Below are positions 54,082 through 64,000 of a DNA stretch of 64,000 nucleotides, in pieces. Location: positions 310,001 through 374,000 of the forward strand of contig AP039697.1 in assembly GCA_051599415.1 (NCBI GenBank). The letters run 5' to 3'. The notes under the pieces were generated by a model. That model did no database searches. It was not told where the DNA came from and was given only the letters and a program-made list of their open reading frames with translations. Source of the DNA: Savitreella phatthalungensis. Lineage: Eukaryota. Every line of letters starts with the position of its first letter. The stretch's first letter is position 1. The position numbers and the translations under genes are program-made.

Positions 54082-55662
54082 ATGCTTTGGCTCACGCTTC
54101 TGCTGCAGGTGCGCTGTGTCCTGTGCCAGTCATCTCCTTCGCAGCCAGTAGTCGATATAGGTTATGCCCGTGTCCGAGGTTTCACCGAGACCTCGACCTC
54201 CACAGAGGCGTTCAAGGGCGTGAGGTATGCGGCACCCCCCAAAAGATGGCAGAGAGCGACGGCGCCTGCAACAAATCGCACGGCTATTATCGATGCCACA
54301 GCTTATGCATCTCGTTGTCCGCAATCTGCAAGCGCCGGCGGCAGCGACATCGATCCACTTGCGGGCGGATTAGCTTCTGAAGACTGCCTCTTCCTCAATG
54401 TTTTTCGACCTGCCAAAACGAATTCGAGCGCGATGTTGCCGGTTGCAGTGTACTTTCACGGAGGCGGCTATAGTCAGCTTACCGCAAACATCAATGCAAC
54501 CTACTTGTCCCGGCTCTCCGGTGAGAATTTCTTGTTCGTTTCTGTCGCTTATCGCCTTGGAGCCCTTGGCTTCCTAGCTTCACAAGAGCTTGTCGAAGGT
54601 GGAGGCATCCTCAACGTTGGCTTACTGGACCAAGAATTTGCGCTGCAGTGGGTCAATACGCATATCGCCGCCTTCGGAGGAGATCCTTCTCGCGTAACGA
54701 TTTGGGGAGAATCTGCCGGAGGCGGCTCTGTGATGCAGCACCTACTTGCGTATGATGGGAAACGCAATCGAACCCTCTTCAATCAAGCGATCCTGGCATC
54801 CCCTTCCCTGCCGCAGCAGCGCTGGTACAACGATAGCATTCCCACTGCCTATTATCGGGCTTTTGTGGACGCCGCTGGATGCACGAATAAAGCAAATGTT
54901 GTCGATTGCTTGAGGACAGCTGATCTCGCAATCGTTGCAGGTGCTTCGAATAATGTCAGTCGCACTGCTCCTTCGCGACGCTGGGCATTCAACCCCGTGA
55001 TCGATGGAACTTTCGTGACCGGGCGACCTAGCGAGCTTCTGCTCAGACAGCAAATCGTTCAAAACGTCAGTCTGCTGGTCGGCTCCAATTTCGATGAGGG
55101 CTCTGTCTTTATTCCGAGTAATATCACCAATGCGGAGTCTTTCGAAGATTGGTTGACAACACTGCTGCCGAAATTCACCAACCTAGCTCGCGCGAAGCTG
55201 AGGACGTACTATCCTGCACATGCATATGCGACACAGTTCCGTCGTGCTGCCTCTGTACTAGCCGACACGATCTATAATTGCCCAGCTGTCTGGCTGGCTG
55301 ATGCAGCACAAGTCTCGTGGCGCTATCAATACGACGTGGCGCCTGGATTACATGGCCTTGATCTAACGCACTACTTGCCGACAGCAGCTGGTATAGGTAC
55401 GCCAGGTGCAAGTGCTGTAGCTTTCGATACGGCATTCGCAACCATCTTTTCCAGCTTCATTGTACGGGGCAGACCTGTCAGCAATGGCACCTTCGCTCTA
55501 CCGCGCTGGGCAGTAAATGCGACAGACGACGTTCGCCAGGCCCGCTTCAATCGTACAACTACCGGGAGTCCGAACATCACTGTCTCAGCAGGCCGATACA
55601 TCACGAGCGGCCGCGACAGGTGTGACTTTTGGCTCGCTTACGCTCCATTGGTGCCAGAATGA
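54082..55662 (+). CDS. Secreted type-B carboxylesterase/lipase
   Basis: Signal peptide, FKGVRYAAPP, SEDCLFLNV, FHGGGY, WGESAGG, N-glycosylation sequons. Confidence 0.94.
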   Translation: MLWLTLLLQVRCVLCQSSPSQPVVDIGYARVRGFTETSTSTEAFKGVRYAAPPKRWQRATAPATNRTAIIDATAYASRCPQSASAGGSDIDPLAGGLASEDCLFLNVFRPAKTNSSAMLPVAVYFHGGGYSQLTANINATYLSRLSGENFLFVSVAYRLGALGFLASQELVEGGGILNVGLLDQEFALQWVNTHIAAFGGDPSRVTIWGESAGGGSVMQHLLAYDGKRNRTLFNQAILASPSLPQQRWYNDSIPTAYYRAFVDAAGCTNKANVVDCLRTADLAIVAGASNNVSRTAPSRRWAFNPVIDGTFVTGRPSELLLRQQIVQNVSLLVGSNFDEGSVFIPSNITNAESFEDWLTTLLPKFTNLARAKLRTYYPAHAYATQFRRAASVLADTIYNCPAVWLADAAQVSWRYQYDVAPGLHGLDLTHYLPTAAGIGTPGASAVAFDTAFATIFSSFIVRGRPVSNGTFALPRWAVNATDDVRQARFNRTTTGSPNITVSAGRYITSGRDRCDFWLAYAPLVPE

Positions 55663-55674
55663 GTCACGCGTCCT

Positions 55675-57939
55675 TCAAGTCTCCTGTGGCTCAACCACCT
55701 CTTCTTCCTCCTTCTCCAGAGCGCCGGACTGCTGCAGCTTGTCCACTGCTGTCCAGAAGCGCTGGAGAGTCGGCATAATGCTTGCGTACTTTGGGATATC
55801 GGATGTCTTCAGGCACAGACCGTCGTGAGCTACAACCATGGACGCCTTCGCCATAGTTTCCGCCTGGAGTGGAGAAACGATCGGGAATTTCGGATACCGT
55901 TGACTGATATGTGTCAAGACTGTGGTCTGAGCTCCCGCCTGTATGGCAATAGCCATTGCCTCGGCGAGCGTGCTGTGACGCTTCTTCACGGCCTCATCCA
56001 GTTTTGCGTCCTCCAGTGTAGCTTCATGTATCAGAAGCGTTACTCCTTTGGCAAGTGCTGCAAATTCCGGCAAGGGACGTGTGTCACCTGAGTAAGCGAA
56101 GCTCGTGCCATCTACTAAGTCGAAGCGTACGCATAAAGCACCCTCTGAGTGCGGCGTAGCCACAGCTGATATTTGCCTTAGATTGGCGGCAGCGGCGTAC
56201 TGCGCCGTCAAATTGTTAGCCTCTGTCAAGTTCGAGCTGTAGCTGAAATCAATGCGCGACAGAAGGGCCTCATCATCGAGGACGGTGTATTCGCCGACGG
56301 CGCGTGCGAGCTTTAAAGGGCAGCATATGACGAGTCTGGCTTCATTGTACTGATTGTTTCGGAGCCATTCTCGTATCAAGCCAACGAGTCCAAGGTGATG
56401 ATCAGCGTGCATGTGGGAGATGAACACGAGGCGAAGTTGCCGAAGGACGAGTTCGTAATCGTCCCCCAGAAGTCGCCGCATCTGACCAATCGTCGCCTCA
56501 CCACAGTCCAGCAAGAAACCTGTGCCGTCAGAGGCCCGTACAAGCGTTGCAGCCACATTTCTATAGCTTGAGGGACCTGCTGAGCCTGTACCAAGCGTGC
56601 ACACAGACAATGACGGTGCTTCACTCGGCAGAATTAGCTCTGTGCGGTGCTCCTCAAGCAAGCGACGATAGGTCTCGCCACGCGTGTCTATTAGCGGTGG
56701 AGCCCTTTGAATCTTCAGCTCTGGCCAGGTCGAGAGGAGCTGACCGCGGATGAGACAGCCTGTCATCCACTCCGGAGTAACCCGTGGCTTGGTATCCGGA
56801 GTAAGGCGTTCAACCACTCCAGGCAGCAGGTGAGCAAGATCACCAAGTAAATTAGCTGCTTTGACGTTGACCACTTCGTCGGGTACATGGTCCGGAGATG
56901 CCGATAGATGATGGTCTCCAAGGCTTCTCGCCCAGGAACTATACCGCACGTCCTGCATAACAGAGTCCGGACAACAATGTATCACGATCGTCGACGTCTT
57001 TAAGTCATTGACTGGCCATACGTGATCTTCGCGAATGAGAGATGAGATATACTCAACGGACGGACAGTGCAGAAGAATCAGTGGCGCTGACTTTCGCGGC
57101 TTTCCCATGACATGACCGGGAGTCACTATCTGACCGGAAGGCAGCGTGACATCTTTTCCCCGCTGCAATTCTCCATATAGCGGTCCCTTCATCACCCCGA
57201 GGGCTTTGGCCTTAGCTACGTCAAACTTGCCAGGCAGCTCTCTTGCCTGAACCCAGTATGATATGGCAGCCTTTCGCTGTTGCACGCGAGGCACCTCTGT
57301 ACCCTGCATGTACTTCCCAAATGCGCGCTTCTGGAGCAGCGAAGGCTCTCCATCGTCAGCCTCCTCGAGTGGCACGCACTCGGTCTCACGCTTACGCTTG
57401 AGATATGGTCGCCACTGACCGGACTCGGCGTCCTCTTGCAGAAACCTGCCAGTCCAGACAGATGTGGCAATGTTGTACAAGTTTCGATCCTGCGGAGGTG
57501 TCGCTCTTCTGTCGTGGTCGGGAGTGGCGCGCCTTGGCAATACCCGTATATTGCCATCCTCGTACACTTGTGGGTCATCGCCATACTCGACCACGTCGAA
57601 CGGAGCGGGTGAAGAATATCGCCAAGCGCGCTGCTGGCCCGCTCTTAGGGACACAAGATATTGCACGAGACCCTGTGGACCGTGGAGAGATATCGGCGGT
57701 AGTCCATTAGCATCGTGCAGCGATAGTAGCAAACCTGGCAGACCTGAATGGCTATCCCATCCCCAGCTCATGAAGATATTCTGAATCTTACGCATGGCTA
57801 TGCCTTGAGAGAGCAGCTGCCTCTGTGTGCCCTCTCCGCAGTTGAATAGATACTTGCGATCGTCAAAGGACAGTACGAGCGCGGGTAGGGATGAGGCATC
57901 TGCCGCGGGGACGGTTGCGACGTTCCACTGGTTGCGCAT
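55675..57939 (-). CDS. TRZ1: tRNase Z, long form
   Basis: YLFNCGEGTQR, GP-rich flexible arm, LGTGSAGPS.YRNV, SHMHADHHLG, YSGDTRP, IHEAT, THISQRYPK. Confidence 0.95.
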   Translation of the reverse strand: MRNQWNVATVPAADASSLPALVLSFDDRKYLFNCGEGTQRQLLSQGIAMRKIQNIFMSWGWDSHSGLPGLLLSLHDANGLPPISLHGPQGLVQYLVSLRAGQQRAWRYSSPAPFDVVEYGDDPQVYEDGNIRVLPRRATPDHDRRATPPQDRNLYNIATSVWTGRFLQEDAESGQWRPYLKRKRETECVPLEEADDGEPSLLQKRAFGKYMQGTEVPRVQQRKAAISYWVQARELPGKFDVAKAKALGVMKGPLYGELQRGKDVTLPSGQIVTPGHVMGKPRKSAPLILLHCPSVEYISSLIREDHVWPVNDLKTSTIVIHCCPDSVMQDVRYSSWARSLGDHHLSASPDHVPDEVVNVKAANLLGDLAHLLPGVVERLTPDTKPRVTPEWMTGCLIRGQLLSTWPELKIQRAPPLIDTRGETYRRLLEEHRTELILPSEAPSLSVCTLGTGSAGPSSYRNVAATLVRASDGTGFLLDCGEATIGQMRRLLGDDYELVLRQLRLVFISHMHADHHLGLVGLIREWLRNNQYNEARLVICCPLKLARAVGEYTVLDDEALLSRIDFSYSSNLTEANNLTAQYAAAANLRQISAVATPHSEGALCVRFDLVDGTSFAYSGDTRPLPEFAALAKGVTLLIHEATLEDAKLDEAVKKRHSTLAEAMAIAIQAGAQTTVLTHISQRYPKFPIVSPLQAETMAKASMVVAHDGLCLKTSDIPKYASIMPTLQRFWTAVDKLQQSGALEKEEEEVVEPQET

Positions 57940-58133
57940 TTTGGCCAGAGTCGGCGAACCTCGTCTGATGCCTCTGCCTCCAGCGGCTATCCGTTTGAGT
58001 GTGCTCTTCAAGGACGACAGGGCGATGATCTGAGAGACTGGTGCCTGAAGAAGCGTATGTCATCGTGAACAATTCTAAAGATATCAATGCGTCATACAAG
58101 CCTCAGACGGATTAGCCAAGAGACTCGAGCAGC

Positions 58134-58394
58134 ATGAGTCCCCTAAAAGAAGCTCTCGTTGCGCAGATTCTCTCGTACTTCGATGCAAGCGAAGGGCAAA
58201 TTACAGAGGGCGCGGTGCGAGCATCGCGTGCCTTGCTAGACACTTTTGTACGAGAGGCTGTTCTGCGCGCTCAAGCCAACAAACGCGACGAGTCATTGCC
58301 GGACACAGCGGACGATCACGCGGGCGCTACCATTATGCTCGAGACTGATGATCTCGAGAAGGTGCTCGGGCAAATGATAGTCGACTTTAGTTAG
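58134..58394 (+). CDS. MHF2: CENP-X/MHF2 histone-fold protein
   Basis: 86 aa; LDTFVREAVLRA ... LETDDLEKVLGQMIVDF. Confidence 0.85.
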   Translation: MSPLKEALVAQILSYFDASEGQITEGAVRASRALLDTFVREAVLRAQANKRDESLPDTADDHAGATIMLETDDLEKVLGQMIVDFS

Positions 58395-58476
58395 AAGTCA
58401 GGAAGGGCTTGACGACGCTGGAGAATTCTGATGCGCACTTAAATGACCGAGCTTGTCAGGACTATTCTGCGAGCGC

Positions 58477-59244
58477 ATGTTCACACTTCGTTACAAAGCA
58501 GGCAATAACCCTTGGAATACCGCCGACTTACGTCTCCCAAGCTCTGGCATAAGCGGGAGGCGGGTTGTCTGGGTTGTCTATCTACACGGTGGAGCATGGC
58601 GCGATGTTAAGCAGACAAAAGAGGAAGGCCACAAGCTACTCGAACGAATCCCGGAAGAATTCGCAGTTGCCTCGATCGACTACAGGCTGTCGATTGGCAA
58701 CGGCGTACGTCATCCTGCGCATATGGAAGATGTCGCCACGGCTTTGAGCTTCCTCCACACGAACTACGACATGGACAAATGCATTTTGGTCGGGCACTCT
58801 TGCGGCGCAACACTTGCCATACAAGTCTATCCGAAGCTCCGGCGCCATATCTATGGACTTGTTCTTTTGAACGGTATCTATGATCTCGAGGCTCTCGTTG
58901 ACGAATACCCTGAGTACAATGGATTCGTCGAAGCCGCGTTCGGCCCACTTGACCGAACTGATTGGTCAAAGCCGTCGCCGACAAGCATCGTGCGAAATCT
59001 GGACGCTCCAGTCCGGCATATCCGAGAACAATTCCTGGTGTGTCATAGCCAGATGGATGAGCTGCTTTCGATGCAACAGTCTGAGCTGTTCCTCGAAGCT
59101 CTCGCGGACGCTGCCATACCCAACTACGCTTTTCGCGAGATCCACGGTAAGCACGACGATTCTCCGGGCTCAGATGAAGTGCTAGGAATTGTCCTAGAAC
59201 AACTCGATAAATCGCGGAGTTCAGCACTACAATATTATAAGTAA
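58477..59244 (+). CDS. BNA7: Kynurenine formamidase-like alpha/beta hydrolase
   Basis: YLHGGAWRD, IDYRLS, HPAHMEDV, VGHSCGATL, GIYDL, HSQMDELL, GKHDD. Confidence 0.85.
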   Translation: MFTLRYKAGNNPWNTADLRLPSSGISGRRVVWVVYLHGGAWRDVKQTKEEGHKLLERIPEEFAVASIDYRLSIGNGVRHPAHMEDVATALSFLHTNYDMDKCILVGHSCGATLAIQVYPKLRRHIYGLVLLNGIYDLEALVDEYPEYNGFVEAAFGPLDRTDWSKPSPTSIVRNLDAPVRHIREQFLVCHSQMDELLSMQQSELFLEALADAAIPNYAFREIHGKHDDSPGSDEVLGIVLEQLDKSRSSALQYYK

Positions 59245-59294
59245 TCGACCAAAGTAAACAAAACGGGCGTAAACACCGTCACGGACAGTGTAAC

Positions 59295-60662
59295 ATGGAC
59301 CTCTCTCCACTGGTACCATGCTCGCATTTGCCTGCAGAGAGCTGCGGTCCTTACATCGCAGTCTGTCAGGCGCCCCGGCACATTCTCATCTACTCGTCAG
59401 TCTCTTTGCAAGTCAAGCGCTCGATTGAACTCGACGAAAGCACGAACACCATGAAATTTCTCGCGTGGGGAAAGACTGTGCTCGGCCGGCATCGGCTTCT
59501 CGTCGCGAGCGACACACGAATCCAGTGCTTTGAGATGGAGGATGACGATTGGACGACCAGCGTTTCAGAGTCAGAGGGCATTCATGCTGTACGTTGGATT
59601 GCAGATGCGGCGTCCTTGGCTATATTCTCAGCTTGCGCAACACGATTGACGCTTTGGTCGGTGGACGAAACAGCTGGATCAGTCTTTCGCTTCCCAAAAC
59701 TTACACCATCTTCCATCGTCCGTATGGCAAGCCCACGTCCAAGGTATGCCATCCTCGGTCGGCAGCTCCACGATGTCATCACAATCGCCGAGTACAACGG
59801 CAGCTGGCAGGTCCTGACGAGCTTTCAGGCGGATACAATTGATGCACAGGGTATCGCATGGTCGGATTCAAGCGGGCATCTGGTCGTATGGGACGCTGTG
59901 GTGGAGTACCGCGCGCTCTTCTACACAGCAGCTGGTTCGCTTATGCGAGACTTTCGGGCGTACGACATTGGTCTTGGCATTCGATCTGTTGCTTGGTCTC
60001 CGCAAGGAGATACCGTCGCCCTAGCATCGTGCGACGGCATCGTGCGTATGCTGGATTCTTTGACTTTGTCTCCCCTGGTCGAGATCAAGCACCCCATCAC
60101 GATCACAGACACAGCACCGGATGTCTGGCGCGAGCGCAGTTCTACCGCGACCCATTACGAGCATGTTCAGAGTTCTCTCAGTCTTCCTCTGATGGTCACT
60201 TCCTCAGAAGAACAAGCTCGTCAAGGCATTGGCCTGTTGAGCTTCTCCACGTCCGGTCGATATCTTGCAACGCGCAACGATAGCACGCCGACAACACTAT
60301 GGATCTGGTCGATAGAGGAACTGCGATGCACTGCGATCGTGCTCAATCAAAATCCAATCAAGCAAGTGCGCTGGCTGTCAGGAGATAAAGAGCAACTGGT
60401 CTTTACATCTGCGGACGATGGCGCACACAATATATACATTTGGACCGAACAAAAGCCACCAGTCGCCATCGCTGTTCCCAGTAGCGGCTTCGAAATCCAG
60501 TGGATGAGATCGATAGAACGTGACCCACCGGCGTTGCTCATTGGCTCGAGCAAGGCCTTCACAATTGCCCATACGATCGCTGATCCTCGAGACGAAGGGG
60601 ATGCCACGGGAACATACCTCGAAATTGACACGTGCGTAGATTCTCCTTCGATACGCGTTTAA
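59295..60662 (+). CDS. WD40 protein WRAP73/Wdr8-like
   Basis: TIDAQGIAWS, LGIRSVAWSP, GIGLLSFS..GRYLATRNDSTPTTLWIW. Confidence 0.82.
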   Translation: MDLSPLVPCSHLPAESCGPYIAVCQAPRHILIYSSVSLQVKRSIELDESTNTMKFLAWGKTVLGRHRLLVASDTRIQCFEMEDDDWTTSVSESEGIHAVRWIADAASLAIFSACATRLTLWSVDETAGSVFRFPKLTPSSIVRMASPRPRYAILGRQLHDVITIAEYNGSWQVLTSFQADTIDAQGIAWSDSSGHLVVWDAVVEYRALFYTAAGSLMRDFRAYDIGLGIRSVAWSPQGDTVALASCDGIVRMLDSLTLSPLVEIKHPITITDTAPDVWRERSSTATHYEHVQSSLSLPLMVTSSEEQARQGIGLLSFSTSGRYLATRNDSTPTTLWIWSIEELRCTAIVLNQNPIKQVRWLSGDKEQLVFTSADDGAHNIYIWTEQKPPVAIAVPSSGFEIQWMRSIERDPPALLIGSSKAFTIAHTIADPRDEGDATGTYLEIDTCVDSPSIRV

Positions 60663-60853
60663 ATCGATCAGATAAATGTTAATTAGATGCTGATACGATT
60701 GTAATTAATGCATGAAACGAAAAAGTTGCGTCCGGATCAAGCTGAAACCATACGATCAGCATATATTCAACACCCATCACCGTCAAGGAAATGCAATCCT
60801 TACCCCTTTATATAGCATCGACTTGAGCCTGTCCGACAAGTTGACACGCAAGC

Positions 60854-61864
60854 ATGTCGTCCACAACGACCGCAACTGCGACAGATGCAATGGTTTCACT
60901 CGAGCAGGACTTCTTTTACTCGTATACAGAAGAACCACATCGCTCGAGACGCCAGGCAATCATGAAGGCGCACCCTGAGATCGGGAAATTATGTGGACAT
61001 GAGCCGCTGACCAAATACGTCGTGTTGGCCGTCTTGATCTTGCAATTCGGGACTGCGATATACCTTCGCGACACACCAATCTTTTCTGCCAGGTTTCTCG
61101 GGCTTGCTTACGTCATTGGCGCGACGGCAAATCAGAACATCTTCCTCGCTATCCACGAGATCTCACACAATCTGGCTTTTAAGGATGCCCTGATCAACAG
61201 GTACTTCGCCATCATTGCAAATTTGCCAATCGGCCTGCCTTACAGCGCGGCCTTCCGGCCTTACCACCTCGACCATCATAAGCACTTGGGCGTGGACGGG
61301 ATCGACACAGACGTGCCGACCCGTTTTGAGGCTGTATTCCTGCAGAACGTGCTGGGTAAGGCATTCTTTGCAACCTTTCAGATCCTTTTCTACGCTATCC
61401 GTCCAATGATGATCAAGGCTCAGCCCTTCACCAACCTCCACGCCGCCAATTTGCTCACACAGCTCGGGTTCGACTACTGCCTGGTGACTCTGTTTGGATG
61501 GAAGCCACTAATCTATTTGCTGATGTCGAGCTTTCTTGCAGGCTCCCTCCACCCCTGCGCCGGTCACTTCATCGCGGAGCACTATGTCTTTGAGCAGGCG
61601 CTCTCGGCAGATTCTGATGCACCAACGGAGACTTACTCCTACTACGGCATTCTTAACAAATTCACCTACAACGTCGGCTATCATAACGAGCATCATGACT
61701 TCCCTTTCATTCCCTGGACGCGCCTGCCGAAGTTGCGAGCAATCGCTCACGAATTTTATGATGAGCTGCCACAACACTCGAGCTGGTCGTACGTCATCTG
61801 GCGGTTCATCACTGACGACCGCGTCGCCCTGTTCAGCCGCGTCAAGCGTAAACCGAAGGTCTGA
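60854..61864 (+). CDS. DES1: Sphingolipid delta-4 desaturase
   Basis: DFFYSYTEEPHRSRR; His boxes HEISH, HLDHH, HNEHH. Confidence 0.96.
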   Translation: MSSTTTATATDAMVSLEQDFFYSYTEEPHRSRRQAIMKAHPEIGKLCGHEPLTKYVVLAVLILQFGTAIYLRDTPIFSARFLGLAYVIGATANQNIFLAIHEISHNLAFKDALINRYFAIIANLPIGLPYSAAFRPYHLDHHKHLGVDGIDTDVPTRFEAVFLQNVLGKAFFATFQILFYAIRPMMIKAQPFTNLHAANLLTQLGFDYCLVTLFGWKPLIYLLMSSFLAGSLHPCAGHFIAEHYVFEQALSADSDAPTETYSYYGILNKFTYNVGYHNEHHDFPFIPWTRLPKLRAIAHEFYDELPQHSSWSYVIWRFITDDRVALFSRVKRKPKV

Positions 61865-61951
61865 CACGAGAGAGACGATCTGCTGATAGCAAGTCTGAGT
61901 AGAATTTGTACATACGCGAAGAACAACATGGAATGGAGCATGATGGCGAAT

Positions 61952-63400
61952 TTAGTGATCTTGGTCCTCGTACACATTAGTGATGCTCTCCGTATGGGTT
62001 GCGGCCCAGCCGCGCCCCTTGACCTTTGTCAAGTCCTCTTGTGTCACTTGTCGATTGCTGAAGTAGCCGGAATTGATTTTCGCCTCGCTGAAGTGGGTCA
62101 GTCATAAGCGTTCAATGGGAGTCGATCAGCATCGGTGCGCTTACATCTCCACCTTGGAATCTTCCGGAATCAGCTCATCGGGCAGCTCGACGCGTTCGTG
62201 TATTGGAATACCTGCTCCAACTATCGCGTCGCTTGAAAACGTTAGTTGCTGCGTGAGTGTTGGAGAGTGGACACGGGGTTAGACTTACTGCTTCATGTTG
62301 CTCATGCTGAGCATCTTATCGATCTTGCGCACGCCGAGCCAAAGAAGAATATCGGGCATGAGCTCTTGGAATCGCATGTCCTTGACACCTGCGACCTGTT
62401 CCGTTGACGAGAAATACTTGTCGGCGGAATCGCCAGTACGCTTCCGCAGATTGTACACCAAATACTTCGTCACCTCGCCAAGGGCACGACCTTCCTTGCG
62501 GAAGTAGACGACTAAGCCCGAGCCGCCTTCCTGTGCCTCCTTAGCGCATTCCTGGATGCCATACATGAGGTACGGTCTGCAGGTACAAATATCTGACATG
62601 AAGACGTCAGAGCCGTTGCACTCGTCGTGGATGCGACATGCCAGTCTGACCTTCTCGTCGCTCACCTTTGCCGGGTCGCCAAAAATGTAACAAGTGAGAC
62701 CGCCGATCGGCGGCAAAAAGACCTTGATGTCATTGCGGGTGATCAGCTCCGGGTACATGCCACCTGTGTATTCAAATAGACTCCGGCGGAGCGTGCTCTC
62801 TTCAACGCCGAAGCGCTTTGCCACACCCGGTAGATGCCAGACTGGGTCAACGGCGACCTTTGTGACAGCGAGTTCGCCCTTCTCATTCAGAACGACCTTG
62901 CCGTCCACCTTGAGATCGCCGTTCTTGACCGCAAGCTCCATCTCGAGCAAAGTAAGCTTAGCACGTGTGATTGAAATGGTCGGCCGAATATCGAGGCCGT
63001 CCTTTCCACTCATAAGGTCTTTGAAGATCGAGGGAACTTCATGGCCGAATGGATCCATGGCAACGATCTTGTCTGGATCTGACCATGCGGGCTGTGGACC
63101 AAACCTAACCGGTGGCTCAGTATGCGTGAAGTCGGGCTTGTAGTCGAAGGCAATATTGTTACTCGCATTGGCGAGCGCAAAGTACGTAGAATAGCTGCCG
63201 CCATGAGCGCCGATGGCGTTGCGACTGGCAAGAGTGTTGGCTTGACGGGATACGATCACGGGCCCACGCTTTTGAGGATCTGCCTCGCCCCACACCAGCG
63301 GGATCGGCTTGACAGTAGCCTGTCCTGGGTAGGTTGTTAGGACGATGCGCTTGCTGAAGCGCGATTCTGCTTGCGGCAGAGACTTTTCTGGCGCGTGCAT
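61952..63400 (-). CDS. URC1: GTP cyclohydrolase II-like uracil-catabolism protein (Urc1/urg1); introns 62232..62288 and 62088..62144
   Basis: RNAIGAHGGSYS, RIHDECNGSDVF.SDICTCRPYL, RKEGRALGEVTK. Two 57-nt GTAAG..AG introns restore MSNMKHDAIVGAGIPI..ELIPEDSKVEIEAKINSGYF. Confidence 0.9.
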
Positions 63401-64000
63401 GATCGATGGGAGATATAGGAGTTTCAGCAAAGATTGACACGCAATGAAAAGTCTGCTGCTGCTACGAGATGTCGAGATGTTGCTTGTGCTTCAACAGCGC
63501 TTTCTGAAAAGGTGATGGACTGAGGGATCGAGTAGACGAGTGATTGATCTAGTGGCTGTGTCAACGAGTGGATGATTGAGCGGATAATTGGGTGCGTGGA
63601 TGGGATGTGGGGCCGAGATACGGTGTTATCCCTGGATCCCGGGATCGGCCTCCTGCGACTGTCAATCAACCATTTCATGGGACGAGTGATGATTGTAAAA
63701 TCTAACCGCAGCCAGAACCAGACCAAGAAACGAAACAATTCACGCCTTTCAGAGCAAGACAGTCAATCTCGAAGCTGAACGGACAGAGATGAGAACGTCG
63801 AAAGCCGGAGGCATGGCTTCTGGAAGGCAGGTCCGAAGACACTGATCGGGTAGCAGCTCATTCATGCTCTAGCTAATACTCCACCTAGGTTCACTGGGAC
63901 TTTGAAGTGGTAGATACTTTTCTACCATGTTAAGATACAACCTGATTCGGGCCTTTTCTGGCTTGACTGGAATATCCTTCTTCGCCATCCTATCCGGGCG

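Noticed and set aside
1..64000. Stop-codon readthrough (TGA CTA) giving cryptic PTS1 isoforms
   Set aside because: Stop contexts checked for the metabolic genes showed no TGA-CTA motif.

Overview
Eukaryotic, fungal, gene-dense and intron-poor window with about 35 protein genes. The few introns found are short (49-67 nt, GT-AG). Gene style and compaction suggest an early-diverging ascomycete (Taphrinomycotina-like); this is inference only. Most of the window is housekeeping: ILV6, Tag1-like, ARG3, KEX1, MPP10, SH3-RasGEF, UBX, SCS2, HPP, Rds1-like, TES1, HLJ1, YVH1, YOR1-like ABC, NAD+ carrier, ADE12, RUD3, RIM20, RPS23, POR1, CK2 beta, RIC1, TMA20, Cdc7/Cdc15-like kinase, TRZ1, MHF2, BNA7, WDR8, DES1, URC1/urg1. 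The exception is an accessory island at ~46.7-55.7 kb: a Zn2Cys6 factor, a ~3.3 kb decayed repeat cluster and a secreted esterase. The cluster holds at least four copies in alternating orientation. Many of their differences are CpG->TpG/CpA, two copies share a 198-nt 98%-identical inverted core, and they appear to be relics of a kinase-like gene. This suggests CpG-directed repeat silencing or mutation. Other oddities are a frameshifted Tag1-like gene, a non-AUG mitochondrial-type extension on TRZ1, an apparently exonised intron in URC1, and overlapping or extremely close genes. No tRNA, rRNA, CRISPR array or intact transposon was recognised.
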